In this document: positions 9,116-18,888 of the stretch, piece by piece
Layout of the letters: every line of letters starts with the position of its first letter
Numbering within the stretch: the first letter of the stretch is position 1
Source of the DNA: an uncultured Actinomycetes bacterium
Lineage (GTDB): Bacteria > Actinomycetota > Acidimicrobiia > Acidimicrobiales > RAAP-2
Assembly: GCA_903860745.1 (NCBI GenBank)
Contig: CAIORQ010000026.1
Coordinates: 25,825-89,824, forward strand
Reading direction: 5' to 3'
DNA length: 64,000 nt
Program-made: the position numbers and the translations under genes
Notes under the pieces: generated by a model
The model's database searches: none
Seen by the model: only the letters and a program-made list of their open reading frames with translations
What the model was told of the DNA's origin: nothing

Positions 9116-10429
9116 CTACGAGTGAAGCCCCAGGACCACGGCGGCGTCGCCGACGTGGTCGACCATCACCTGGAAGACCGGGCGCCCCGCCGCCGCCATC
9201 GCCCGGAAGTCGCCGATGGCCTGGGCCATGTGCAGGTCGTGGAAGCTGTAGGCGCGCCCCGCGATGCGCTGGGGGGCGCTCACGGGGCGCTGGATGACCT
9301 GCAGGCCCACCACCGAGGTCGGCCCGCCCTTGTGGAGTTGGCCGGTGGAGTGCAGGTAGCGCGGCCCCAGATTGGCCGTCGTCGTGCCGTAGACGGCCTC
9401 GATGTGCGTGCGCAGGGTCGCCAACTCCTGGGAGGCCTCCAGCGGCGCGTAGGCCTGCACGGCGACGTAGGCCGCGCCGCGCAGGGCCTGGTCGAGTTCG
9501 GCCGCCTCGTAGGGGACGCTCTCCCACGCGACCGCACCACCCAGGAGGGCGAAGACCTCCTTCTTGGCGCTCTCGACGTTGGGCTGGTTGAAGGGATCGA
9601 CACCCAGGTGCCAGGCCAGCAGGGCCGCCACCAGGTGGTAGTACTGCATCTCGCCGGGACGGTACAGGGCCACCGGCCCACTCACCGCGGGGATGAAGCC
9701 GCGACCGGACTTGCCGGTGGTCTCGGCCACCAGTTGCTCGAGCCACAAGGCGCCCCCCGACGTGATCGGGTCCGCGCCCAGGGCGAAGAAGGCGGCTCCC
9801 TGGACCACCGACTCGGCGAGCTCGTGCGCCGTGGCGACCGCCCGCGCCACGAGGTCGTCGCTCAGGAAGCACGAGTTCAACTCGTCTCGCAGCTCCTCGG
9901 GGCTCCAGCCCGCGTAGAGCGCCGGGACCAGTCCGAAGGGCGAGAGGGAGGAAAAGCGTCCCCCGGTCTGGGGGTCTCCCAGCACGACGAGGGCACCCAG
10001 GGACTCGCCGAGCTTGGCGAGCTCGGTGCCCGGGTCGGTGATGATCACGAGGTCCTGGGGCTCGAGGCCGTTGGCCAGGGCGTGCGCCAAGAGTGTCTGG
10101 GTCTCCACGGTCCCGCCGGACTTCGACGAGGCGATCACGTTGACCCCCGAGAAATCGAGTGCGGCGACGGTGTCGGGGTTCGAGGTGTCGATGACGCTCA
10201 ACTGATGCTCGGGACGCCAGTCGGCGTAGAGGCGCGCGGGAGACGAGGAACCCCCCATGCCCAAGAGCAGCGTGCGCCCGTGGCGACGCGGGCGACGCGC
10301 GTCGATGTCGTCGAGCCAGTCGCCGAGGTAGCGCTCGGGGTGGCGCAGCCACCCCGTGGCGTGGGCGGCCGTGTCGCCCTCGAAGAAGGAGACGTCACCG
10401 TCGAGGATCTGTCGAACCAGGTCGGACAT
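9116..10429 (-). CDS. pgi: glucose-6-phosphate isomerase (short SIS-type)
   Basis: Start is placed at ATG 10429 (MSDLVRQILDG...). Motifs LLLGMGGSSS, SKSGGTVET and GGRFS are typical of PGI. The upstream 106 codons of the ORF overlap tal and look non-coding. Confidence 0.72.
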   Translation of the reverse strand: MSDLVRQILDGDVSFFEGDTAAHATGWLRHPERYLGDWLDDIDARRPRRHGRTLLLGMGGSSSPARLYADWRPEHQLSVIDTSNPDTVAALDFSGVNVIASSKSGGTVETQTLLAHALANGLEPQDLVIITDPGTELAKLGESLGALVVLGDPQTGGRFSSLSPFGLVPALYAGWSPEELRDELNSCFLSDDLVARAVATAHELAESVVQGAAFFALGADPITSGGALWLEQLVAETTGKSGRGFIPAVSGPVALYRPGEMQYYHLVAALLAWHLGVDPFNQPNVESAKKEVFALLGGAVAWESVPYEAAELDQALRGAAYVAVQAYAPLEASQELATLRTHIEAVYGTTTANLGPRYLHSTGQLHKGGPTSVVGLQVIQRPVSAPQRIAGRAYSFHDLHMAQAIGDFRAMAAAGRPVFQVMVDHVGDAAVVLGLHS

Positions 10430-10434
10430 CAGAC

Positions 10435-11544
10435 CTACTTTCCGCTTGTTTTGGACGAGACGATCTCGAGGAGGTCCTCGTAGGAGGCGACGAAGGCGTC
10501 GACCCCCTCGCGCTCGAGGCGATCGGTCACCTCGGCCAAGGAGATGGCTGAGGGCAGGAGGGACACGAGCGACGCGGTGGCCGCCAACGAGGCCGGCGAC
10601 GCCAGCAGAGACTCGCGGAAGCTCCCGTGGTCCAGGGCGGCCGCCAGGGTCGCGTCGGGCATGGTGTTCACCGTCTCGTTCGCCACGATGGAGTTGACGT
10701 AGATGAGATCGTCGTAGGCGGGGTTCTTGGGCGAGGTGGAGGCCCACAGGGGGCGCTGGACCTGCGCGCCCGCGTCGAGCAGGGCCACCACGCGCGCCGA
10801 CGCCATCGTCTCGAGGTAGAGCTCGTAGGCGGCGGCGACCTGGGCGTTGGCGATCCGCCCGCGCAGCACGTCACCGTCGCTCAACAACTGGTCCACGGCG
10901 GCGTCGACGCGCGAGACGAAGAACGACGCCACGCTCGCGAGCGAGGACAGGTCGCGACCCGCCGCCGCGGCCGCCTCGAGTCCCTCGCACCAGGCGGCGA
11001 GGACCTCCCCGTAGCGCTCCAGCGAGAAGATGAGGGTCACGTTGACGTTGATGCCCTCCGCCAGCACGGCGGTGATGGCCGCCAAGCCCTCGTGCGTCGC
11101 GGGAATCTTGATCATGACGTTGGGCCGGTCAACCTGGTTCCAGAGCTTCTTGGCGGCCTCGATGGTGCCCGCGGTGTCGCGGGCCAGGCGCGGCGAGACC
11201 TCGAGGGAGACGAAGCCGTCGCTGTAGCGGCGCAGTCCGCGCGCGAAGTCGTCGCGACTCTGCTGGTGCAGGGCCGACAAGACGTCACAGGCGTCGCGCA
11301 CGTCGGCGCACGCCAGGCTCTCGAAGACCACCTCGGGGTCGCTGGAGTGCGCCTGGCCCAACAGGGCGTCGTAGGCGCTGGAGGTGGCGAAGGCCTTGGC
11401 GAAGATCGCCGGGTTGGACGTCACCCCGCGCGCACCGCTAGCGACCAGGGACGCCAGGGTGCCGTCCTCGAGCCAGTCGCGACGGATGTTGTCGATCCAG
11501 GGGCTCTGACCGAAGTCATCGAAGAGCGTGGTCAGACGGGTCAT
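10435..11544 (-). CDS. tal: transaldolase
   Basis: [25 protein letters not shown]..., GVTSNP, and active-site context VMIKIPAT. ATG 11544 overlaps the tkt stop (ATGA). Confidence 0.9.
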   Translation of the reverse strand: MTRLTTLFDDFGQSPWIDNIRRDWLEDGTLASLVASGARGVTSNPAIFAKAFATSSAYDALLGQAHSSDPEVVFESLACADVRDACDVLSALHQQSRDDFARGLRRYSDGFVSLEVSPRLARDTAGTIEAAKKLWNQVDRPNVMIKIPATHEGLAAITAVLAEGINVNVTLIFSLERYGEVLAAWCEGLEAAAAAGRDLSSLASVASFFVSRVDAAVDQLLSDGDVLRGRIANAQVAAAYELYLETMASARVVALLDAGAQVQRPLWASTSPKNPAYDDLIYVNSIVANETVNTMPDATLAAALDHGSFRESLLASPASLAATASLVSLLPSAISLAEVTDRLEREGVDAFVASYEDLLEIVSSKTSGK

Positions 11545-13535
11545 GCGACCTCCAGGTGGGACGTGACGAAGTTGACGAGGGCGCTCGCGTTGATGGCGAA
11601 GTGCTCGAAGACGTAGGCACCCGGGGCCGACATGCCGAAGTCGTCGATGCCCAGCGCGTCGTCCACGTAGCGGTGCCAACCGAGGGTGGCACCCGCCTCG
11701 AGGGAGACCGAGGGGACGTCGCGGCGAAGCACGCTGGCGCGATATTCCTCGTCTTGGGCCTCGAAGCACGCCCAGCAGGGCATCGCCACCACGCGCGTCG
11801 CGACACCGCGCGCCGCCAGTTCATCGGCGGCGCTCAGGCAGTGCTGCACCTCGGATCCGCTGGCGAAGAGGCTGTAGCGCGCGCCGGCGTCCTCGCGCAG
11901 CACGTAGCCGCCGCGTGGCGCACCCACCAAGGACGCCTTGGCGTCCTCGCCACTCATGACCGCGACGTCCTGTCGCGACAGGACCAGCGCCGTCGTCGCC
12001 GGAGCGGGGTTGCGCATGAAGTCCTCGACCAGCAGCAGGGTCTCGTTGGCGTCGCTCGGTCGCACCACGTGCAGGCGCGGCATCGCCCGCAACGCGGCGA
12101 GGTGCTCGACGGGCTGGTGCGTCGGCCCGTCCTCGCCGACGCCCACCGAGTCGTGCGTGAAGACGAAGAGCACCCCGGCGTGGCTCAGGGCCGCCAGGCG
12201 CACCGCGGGGCGCACGTAGTCCGAGAAGACGAAGAAGGTCGACCCCGCGGGTCGCAGGCCACCGTGCAGGGCCTGGCCGACCATGACGGCGCCCATGGCG
12301 AACTCGCGCACGCCGTAGTAGATCTGACGACCGCCCGGGTTCTCGCGGCTCTGGGCCGCGCTGTGTCGCAACACCACCCCGGTGTTGTCGGTGAGGTCCG
12401 CCGATCCCGCGGTGAGACCAGGGGTGCGCGCCGCGAAGGCGTCCATCGCCCGCTGCATGGCCTTGCGGGTGGCGACCTGCGTGCCGCCTTCGTAGAACTC
12501 GTAGTCGTCGGGACCCTCCATGTGCCCACCGTGGGCCAGCTGGTGCGCCAGCCGCTCACCACGCTCACCCGCCGCCGCGAGGCGCGCGCGCCACTCAGCC
12601 GCGGCACCACCCTCACTGAGGAGGCGCGCGCTATTGAGGGCCGCGAGCTCCTCGTCGAGGGCGAAGGCCTCGTCGGGCACGCCCAGGAGGGCCTTGGCCT
12701 CAGCAATCGCGGCGCGCGAGAAGGGTGAGCCGTGGGCCTCACGACGGTCCATCATCGTCGGCGAGGGGAAACCGATGTGTGAACGCACGACGATGAGCGT
12801 CGGATGCTCGGTCTCGGCGACGGCCTCGCGGGCCGCCGCTTCGAGGGCGTCGAGGTCGTTCGCGCGTTCTCCCAGGTCGATCACGTGCCATCCGTAGGCC
12901 GCGAAACGCGCTGGCGCGTCGTCGCGCAGCGCCAGTTCGGTCGGCCCATCGATGGTGATGTGATTGTCGTCGTAGAACACCGTCAGGCGATCGAGGCCCA
13001 GGGAGCCCGCGAGGGACGCGGCCTCGTGGCTGATGCCCTCTTCGAGGCAGCCGTCACCCGCGACGACCCAGGTGCGGTGATCGACGAGGTCGGCGCCGTA
13101 GTCGGCGCGCAAGATTCGCTCGGCGAGGGCCATGCCGACCCCGTTGGCCACGCCCTGGCCCAGGGGACCGGTCGTGACCTCGACGGTCGGCGTCACGCCG
13201 TTCTCGGGATGCCCCGGGGTGCGCGAGTGGGGCTGGCGGAACTCCCTCAGGTCCTGGACCGAGAGGTCGTAGCCGAAGAAGTGCGCGAGGCCGTACTGCA
13301 GGATCGAGACGTGTCCGCAGCTGAGGATGAAGCGGTCTCGGTCGGGCCACGTCGGGTCGCTCGGGTCGTGGCGCAACACTCGCGAGAACAGCATCGTGGC
13401 CAGGGGCGCCAGCGCCATCGCGGTTCCGCTGTGGCCCGAGTTGGCGGCCGCGGGCGCGTCCATCGCCAGGGCGGTGATGTTGCGAATCGTGCGCCCCTCC
13501 AGCTCGTCGGCTCCGGGGTACATGGCGTCGCTCAT
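11541..13535 (-). CDS. tkt: transketolase
   Basis: [36 protein letters not shown] and [16 protein letters not shown] motifs. Start is set at ATG 13535. The longer ORF extension is Lys/Thr/Arg-rich and runs into the divergent promoter region. Confidence 0.93.
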   Translation of the reverse strand: MSDAMYPGADELEGRTIRNITALAMDAPAAANSGHSGTAMALAPLATMLFSRVLRHDPSDPTWPDRDRFILSCGHVSILQYGLAHFFGYDLSVQDLREFRQPHSRTPGHPENGVTPTVEVTTGPLGQGVANGVGMALAERILRADYGADLVDHRTWVVAGDGCLEEGISHEAASLAGSLGLDRLTVFYDDNHITIDGPTELALRDDAPARFAAYGWHVIDLGERANDLDALEAAAREAVAETEHPTLIVVRSHIGFPSPTMMDRREAHGSPFSRAAIAEAKALLGVPDEAFALDEELAALNSARLLSEGGAAAEWRARLAAAGERGERLAHQLAHGGHMEGPDDYEFYEGGTQVATRKAMQRAMDAFAARTPGLTAGSADLTDNTGVVLRHSAAQSRENPGGRQIYYGVREFAMGAVMVGQALHGGLRPAGSTFFVFSDYVRPAVRLAALSHAGVLFVFTHDSVGVGEDGPTHQPVEHLAALRAMPRLHVVRPSDANETLLLVEDFMRNPAPATTALVLSRQDVAVMSGEDAKASLVGAPRGGYVLREDAGARYSLFASGSEVQHCLSAADELAARGVATRVVAMPCWACFEAQDEEYRASVLRRDVPSVSLEAGATLGWHRYVDDALGIDDFGMSAPGAYVFEHFAINASALVNFVTSHLEVA

Positions 13536-13641
13536 GCCCCCAAGGCTACTGAAGTGACGACCCCTCTCCGTGTCGCGTCGAGGGACCAACACGACATCTC
13601 CGGCGCCTCCTCGCACGGGGCCAGTGAGTAGTCTGTTGTCC

Positions 13642-13992
13642 ATGAGGACATACCCGTGGCGCAAGCTCCTCAAGGGCGCGTCTCTGCAGCGTGACCTCGA
13701 AGAGGTGCGCGACCTGTTCGTGCAGTACTTCAAGGAGCAGACCGTCCAACCCCTCAAGGAGCTCGGACGTTTCGTGGCCTTCGGCGTGGCGGGGAGCCTC
13801 TTCGTCGCCTTCGGCGTCGTCATCGGCCTGGTCGGCGTCTTGCGCATGCTCCAGGCCCTCTTCCCCGTGCTCGACGGCAGCCTCTCGTGGATTCCCTACC
13901 TGGTCGTCGTGGTCGCCGGCCTCGCTGTCGTGGGCCTCGTGCTCCAACGCATCTTCGCGGGCGCCCCACGACGCACGAAGGGCGCCCAGTGA
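13642..13992 (+). CDS. small two-TM membrane protein (Actinobacterial Holin-X / PF07332-like)
   Basis: Amphipathic N-terminus (LQRDLEEVRDLFVQYFKEQTVQPLKELG) followed by two long hydrophobic helices. ATG 13642. First gene of a chain joined by 4-nt overlaps. Confidence 0.55.
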   Translation: MRTYPWRKLLKGASLQRDLEEVRDLFVQYFKEQTVQPLKELGRFVAFGVAGSLFVAFGVVIGLVGVLRMLQALFPVLDGSLSWIPYLVVVVAGLAVVGLVLQRIFAGAPRRTKGAQ

Positions 13993-14180
13993 GCGAACCG
14001 ACCGCGACGCGTCGACAGCTCGAGCAGTCGGTGCGCGCGCTGCTGCCGCGCCGAGAGGACGTCCCCGCGCGCATTCGCAACGCCTCCTCGTCCACCGCCA
14101 CCGCCGGACTCGGCGGACTCGTCAGCGGCTACGTCTGGGGTTGGATGCGCGGACGTCGTTCGCGCCGCCGGCGAACATGA
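13989..14180 (+). CDS. small (63 aa) hypothetical protein with Gly-rich hydrophobic segment and poly-Arg tail
   Basis: GTG 13989 overlaps the previous stop (GTGA). High GC3. Sequence ...ATAGLGGLVSGYVWGWMRGRRSRRRRT. Possibly DUF3618-like, but not verified. Confidence 0.45.
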   Translation: MSEPTATRRQLEQSVRALLPRREDVPARIRNASSSTATAGLGGLVSGYVWGWMRGRRSRRRRT

Positions 14181-14332
14181 TCGCACTGCTCTGGAAACGG
14201 GCGGCCCTGGCGGCCCTGCGGCGCTCCTGGGCCCAGCGCTCGAGAGTCTGGCTCGCCCTGGCGGCGGGCCTCGTGATAGTGGGACGCCTGGGGGGACGCC
14301 GCTCGCGCTCGTCGCAGCGGAGCACCTCGTGA
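14177..14332 (+). CDS. small (51 aa) basic hypothetical protein with one hydrophobic helix
   Basis: ATG 14177 overlaps the previous stop (ATGA), and its own stop overlaps the trmI GTG (GTGA). GC3 is mostly high. Too short for family assignment. Confidence 0.35.
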   Translation: MIALLWKRAALAALRRSWAQRSRVWLALAAGLVIVGRLGGRRSRSSQRSTS

Positions 14333-15102
14333 GCGCCGCTGGGTTGCGCGAGGGCGAGCGCATCATGCTCACCGACGCCAAGGATCGTCAGTACCTCATC
14401 ACTCTCAAGGTCGGATCGTCCTTCCACACCCACACCGGCATCATCCTGCACGACGACCTCATCGGTTCCCAGGAGGGGACCGTGGTGCGCGACAGCACCG
14501 ACCGCACCTTCTTGATGCTTCGTCCGACCCTGTCGGACGTGGTGCTGAAGATGCCACGCGGCGCCCAGGTGATCTACCCCAAGGACCTCGGCACCATCTT
14601 GATGCAGGCCGACGTCGGCCCCGGCATGCGCGTGCTCGAGGCCGGAGTGGGCTCGGGGGCCCTATCGATGACCCTCCTGCGTGCGGGGGCCTCCATAACG
14701 GCCTACGAGATCCGCGAGGACTTCGCCGCCCAGGCGCGCAAGAACGTCGTGGCCATGCTGGGCGAGGACGTGGACTACGACATCCACATCCGCGACGTGA
14801 CCCTCGGCATCGACGAGGAGGACTTGGACCGGGTCATCTTGGACATGCCCGAACCCTGGCTGGTCGTCGAACACGCGGCGAAGGCGCTGCGTCCCGGGGG
14901 GATCTTCCTGGCCTACCTGCCGACGATCAACCAGACCCAACAGGTCCGCGAAGCGCTGCGGATCCACTCCTTCGGGCTCGAAGAGACGGTCGAGATCCTG
15001 CGTCGCACCTGGCACATCGACGGTCGCAGCGTCCGCCCCGACCACCGGATGGTCGCCCACACCGGGTTCCTGACCTCAGCAAGACGCCTGGTCAGGCGCT
15101 AG
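14329..15102 (+). CDS. trmI: tRNA (adenine58-N1)-methyltransferase
   Basis: N-terminal REGERIML..DAKDRQYLITLK..HTHTGII.HDDLIG beta-domain plus SAM motif VLEAGVGSGALSMTLLRA. Its position next to arc matches the mycobacterial Rv2118c/Rv2115c neighbourhood. Confidence 0.85.
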   Translation: MSAAGLREGERIMLTDAKDRQYLITLKVGSSFHTHTGIILHDDLIGSQEGTVVRDSTDRTFLMLRPTLSDVVLKMPRGAQVIYPKDLGTILMQADVGPGMRVLEAGVGSGALSMTLLRAGASITAYEIREDFAAQARKNVVAMLGEDVDYDIHIRDVTLGIDEEDLDRVILDMPEPWLVVEHAAKALRPGGIFLAYLPTINQTQQVREALRIHSFGLEETVEILRRTWHIDGRSVRPDHRMVAHTGFLTSARRLVRR

Positions 15103-15107
15103 ACGAC

Positions 15108-15344
15108 CTAGTCGCGCTCGATGAAGATGCACTCGCCCGGGCACTCCTCGGAGGCCTCGACGACGGCGTCCTCGAACTCCGGAGCCACGGTGGCCAGTCC
15201 GGCCGAGCCGCCGGGGGACGAGAGGGCCTCGCCGTCCTGCTTCACGTAGGCCAGGCCGTCGTCGAGCAGGGTGAAGACCGAGGGGCAAATCTCCTCGCAC
15301 AAACCGTCGCCGGTGCACAAGTCCTGGTCAATCCATACCTTCAT
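15108..15344 (-). CDS. small single-cluster ferredoxin
   Basis: 78 aa. CTGDGLCEEICP ... CPGECI Cys pattern, and an acidic composition. Confidence 0.85.
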   Translation of the reverse strand: MKVWIDQDLCTGDGLCEEICPSVFTLLDDGLAYVKQDGEALSSPGGSAGLATVAPEFEDAVVEASEECPGECIFIERD

Positions 15345-15419
15345 CGCGGGGCCTTTCGTTGCCGTGTGGTCTTCGACAACTTTAGCCGCAACGCGGGGCG
15401 GACCGAACCAGCGGGGTAG

Positions 15420-15448
15420 GTGACAGGTGTCGCGCTCTCACATAGGGT
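15420..15448 (+). promoter_or_regulatory. candidate sigma-70-type promoter (GTGACA-17-TAGGGT) giving a leaderless arc transcript
   Basis: Hexamers and the 17-nt spacer were read directly. The -10 ends 6 nt before ATG 15455, and no Shine-Dalgarno lies in between. Confidence 0.3.
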
Positions 15449-15454
15449 TGGCGT

Positions 15455-17194
15455 ATGGAGCACTCCAACCCCTTTGACCAGTATCGCGACTCGGACCCCG
15501 CTCACGAGGACTCCGACGCGTCGAGTTCGCGCATCGACAACATCGACCAGGCGCTGCGTCGCATCGAACTGCTCGAGCAGAAGCTCGTCGAGTCGCGCGT
15601 GGCCCTGACCCAGTCACGCTCGAACAACGAGAAGCTCACCGTCACGATCCAACAGACCCGCGACCAGATCGCCGCACTGCGTGACGAGGTGGAGAAGCTG
15701 ACCCAGCCTCCGGCGGTCTACGGCACCTTCATCGAGTTCAATCCCGACGGCACCGCCGACATCTCGGCCTCCGGACGCAAGATGCGTGTCTCGGTGCACC
15801 CCGAGCTCGACCCCGGCCAGGTCGAACGGGGCCACGAAGTGGTCCTGAACGAGTCCTTCGCCATCATCGGCGTGCGCAACCCCGACGGCCAGGGCGAAGT
15901 GGTCAGCGTCAAGGAGGTCCTCGACGACCGTCGCGTCCTGGTCTACGGTCGCGCCGACGAGGAACGCGTCGTCGAGATGGCCGACGCGCTCAGCGGCGTC
16001 AAGTTGCGTAGCGGCGACGCCGTCCTGCTCGACCCGCGATCGGGGCTCCTGGTCGAGAAGCTCGTCCGCCAAGAGGCCGAGGAACTCATCCTCGAAGAGG
16101 TGCCCGACGTCAGTTACGCCGACGTCGGCGGGCTCGATTCGCAGATCGAGTCGATCACCGACGCCGTCGAGCTGCCGTACCTCCACCGCGCCCTCTTCAA
16201 CGACTACGAACTCCCCGCACCCAAGGGGATCCTGCTGTACGGCCCGCCGGGCTGCGGCAAGACCCTGATCGCCAAGGCCGTGGCGAACTCGCTCAGCCAG
16301 AAGGTCGCCGAGATGACGGGGAACCGCAACGTGCGGTCCTACTTCTTGAACATCAAGGGTCCCGAACTCCTGAACAAGTACGTCGGTGAGACCGAGCGCC
16401 AGATCCGCGTCGTCTTCCAGCGCGCCCGCGAGAAGGCCGAGGAGGGCGTGCCGGTCATCGTGTTCTTCGACGAGATGGACTCGCTGTTTCGCACGCGCGG
16501 CACGGGCATCTCCTCGGACATGGAGTCGACCATCGTGCCCCAGCTCCTCGCCGAGATCGACGGCGTGGAGTCCCTGCGCGACGTCATCGTCATCGGCGCG
16601 ACCAACCGCGAGGACCTCATCGACCCGGCCATCCTGCGTCCGGGCCGCCTCGACGTCAAGATCAAGATCGAACGCCCCGACGAGGAGGGCGCCGCGCAGA
16701 TCTTCGAGCGCTACCTGCACCGCGAGCTGCCCCTGGACGCCGAGGAGATCGCCTCGCGCGGGGGAGGGGACCGCGACAAGGCGCTGCGCGCGATGATCGA
16801 GGCGACTGTCACCGACATGTACGCCACCGACGACGACAACCGCTTCTTGGAGGTGACCTACCAGGGTGGCGACAAGGAGATCCTGTACTTCAAGGACTTC
16901 GCCTCGGGCGCCATGATCGAGAACATCGTGCGCCGCGCCAAGAAGCTGGCGGTCAAGCGCGAGATCGCCGGCAAGGGGCGGGGGCTGCGCACCGAGGACC
17001 TCCTGGCGTCGATCCGTGAGGAGTACCACGAGAACGAGGACCTGCCCAACACGACGAACCCCGACGACTGGGCGCGCATCTCGGGCAAGAAGGGTGAACG
17101 CATCGTCTTCATCCGCACGCTCATCAACCGGCCCAAGGCGGACGTCACCGGAGGGCGCTCCATCCAGCACGTGGGAACCGGCCAGTACCTCTAG
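15455..17194 (+). CDS. arc: proteasome-associated AAA ATPase (ARC/Mpa)
   Basis: N-terminal coiled coil, Walker [14 protein letters not shown], Walker [10 protein letters not shown], and the diagnostic C-terminal GTGQYL docking motif. Confidence 0.95.
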   Translation: MEHSNPFDQYRDSDPAHEDSDASSSRIDNIDQALRRIELLEQKLVESRVALTQSRSNNEKLTVTIQQTRDQIAALRDEVEKLTQPPAVYGTFIEFNPDGTADISASGRKMRVSVHPELDPGQVERGHEVVLNESFAIIGVRNPDGQGEVVSVKEVLDDRRVLVYGRADEERVVEMADALSGVKLRSGDAVLLDPRSGLLVEKLVRQEAEELILEEVPDVSYADVGGLDSQIESITDAVELPYLHRALFNDYELPAPKGILLYGPPGCGKTLIAKAVANSLSQKVAEMTGNRNVRSYFLNIKGPELLNKYVGETERQIRVVFQRAREKAEEGVPVIVFFDEMDSLFRTRGTGISSDMESTIVPQLLAEIDGVESLRDVIVIGATNREDLIDPAILRPGRLDVKIKIERPDEEGAAQIFERYLHRELPLDAEEIASRGGGDRDKALRAMIEATVTDMYATDDDNRFLEVTYQGGDKEILYFKDFASGAMIENIVRRAKKLAVKREIAGKGRGLRTEDLLASIREEYHENEDLPNTTNPDDWARISGKKGERIVFIRTLINRPKADVTGGRSIQHVGTGQYL

Positions 17195-17196
17195 AC

Positions 17197-18684
17197 ATGG
17201 CCATCGCGAAGATCCTGGGCATCGAGACGGAGTACGGCGTCGTCGGCGGGCCCGACTTCGACCCGACCACGGCATCGAGCCTCATCGTCAACGCCTACGC
17301 GCAGCAGGGCCGCACGCGGATCTCCTGGGACTTCAACGACGAGTCGCCGGGCACCGACGCGCGCGGCATCGTCGGCAACGGCGCCCTCGCCCCGATGATC
17401 GAGACCCACCTGGCCAACACGGTGCTGACCAACGGGGCGCGGCTCTACGTCGACCACGCCCACCCCGAGTACTCCGCGCCCGAGTGCGCCACGCCTCAAG
17501 AGGCCACCCTCTGGGACCAGGCGGGCGAGGAGGTGATGCGTCGCGCCCAGCTCGTGGCGAACGAGTCACTGGCACCGGAGCACGCCATCGCGCTCTACAA
17601 GAACAACTCCGACGGCAAGGGCAACTCCTACGGGACCCACGAGAACTATCTCGTCGACCGGGCGGTCGACTTCGCCGCGGTCGTGCGTGCGATGGTGCCG
17701 CACTTCGTGTCGCGTCAGGTCGTCGTGGGGGCGGGCAAGGTCGGTTCCGAGACGCCCTTCGCCGCCGCGGCGGATCCGAGCTACCAGCTCAGCGCCCGCG
17801 CCGAGTTCTTCGAGGAGGTGGTCGGACTCGAGACCACCCTCAAGCGACCCATCATCAACACCCGCGACGAACCACACTGTGACGCCGAGCGCTTCCGACG
17901 TCTGCACGTCATCTGCGGCGACGCCAACATGTCGCCCGTGGCCACAATGGTGAAACTGGGTTCGACGGCCCTGCTCCTGGCGGCGCTGGAGGACGACGGG
18001 CTGAAGGACTTCCCGTCGCCGCCCGCTCGTCCGGTGCGCGCCATCCGCGACTTCTCCTTCGACCCCAGCCTGCGGACCACGGTCGAGGACGAGGACGGGC
18101 GCCGACGCGGCGCCTGGGACTACCAGGACGAGCTCTGGAGCCTGGCCGACCGCTACGTCTCGCGCCACGGAGGAGCGGCGGTGGCCGGCGTCGACGAGGT
18201 CCGCGACATCCTGGTGGCCTGGCGCGAGATGCTCGACGGGGTCCGTGACGACCCCGAATCGGTGGCCGACCGGGTGGACTGGGTGGCCAAGCGTCGCATC
18301 GTCGAGGGCTACCGCGAACGCTACGGGCTGGGTGCGCGCGACGCCAAGTTGCGAGCCATCGACCTCCAGTACCACGACGTGCGCCGCGACAAGTCGCTGG
18401 CCCTGCGCGTCGGGCTGCGCGCGACCCACGACGAGGAGACGGTCCGCCGGGCGGTGGCGGAGGCCCCCACGTCGACCAGGGCCTTCTTCCGCGGGGAGTG
18501 CGTCCGTCGCTTCCCCGACTCCATCGTCTCGGCCAACTGGGACTCCCTCGTCTTCGACGTCGGCCACGGACCCCTGCAGCGAATCCCGATGATGGACCCC
18601 ACCCGGGGGACCCAGGGGCTCGTCGGGCCACTTTTCCGTGACAATCCGACGGCCGGTGCGCTCGTGGACGCTCTCAACGGGTAG
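17197..18684 (+). CDS. dop: Pup deamidase/depupylase
   Basis: ILGIETEYGV N-terminus and carboxylate-amine ligase fold shared with PafA. Lies between arc and pup, as in the canonical locus. Confidence 0.93.
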   Translation: MAIAKILGIETEYGVVGGPDFDPTTASSLIVNAYAQQGRTRISWDFNDESPGTDARGIVGNGALAPMIETHLANTVLTNGARLYVDHAHPEYSAPECATPQEATLWDQAGEEVMRRAQLVANESLAPEHAIALYKNNSDGKGNSYGTHENYLVDRAVDFAAVVRAMVPHFVSRQVVVGAGKVGSETPFAAAADPSYQLSARAEFFEEVVGLETTLKRPIINTRDEPHCDAERFRRLHVICGDANMSPVATMVKLGSTALLLAALEDDGLKDFPSPPARPVRAIRDFSFDPSLRTTVEDEDGRRRGAWDYQDELWSLADRYVSRHGGAAVAGVDEVRDILVAWREMLDGVRDDPESVADRVDWVAKRRIVEGYRERYGLGARDAKLRAIDLQYHDVRRDKSLALRVGLRATHDEETVRRAVAEAPTSTRAFFRGECVRRFPDSIVSANWDSLVFDVGHGPLQRIPMMDPTRGTQGLVGPLFRDNPTAGALVDALNG

Positions 18685-18693
18685 AACTGATAC

Positions 18694-18888
18694 GTGACTG
18701 AACAAGAACGAATCCAGAAGCAGCGCACCGAGCGGACCCGCGACGACGACGTCGACGTGACGGTGACCGCCAAGAAGGGCGAGCAGCTCAAGGGCGAGCT
18801 GGACGAACTGCTGGACGAAATCGACTCCGTTCTCGAGGAGAACGCGGAGGAGTTCGTTCGCAACTACGTCCAAAAGGGCGGCCAGTAA
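18694..18888 (+). CDS. pup: prokaryotic ubiquitin-like protein
   Basis: 64 aa, acidic and disordered, ending in ...YVQKGGQ. The C-terminal Gln requires Dop deamidation. Confidence 0.93.
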   Translation: MTEQERIQKQRTERTRDDDVDVTVTAKKGEQLKGELDELLDEIDSVLEENAEEFVRNYVQKGGQ

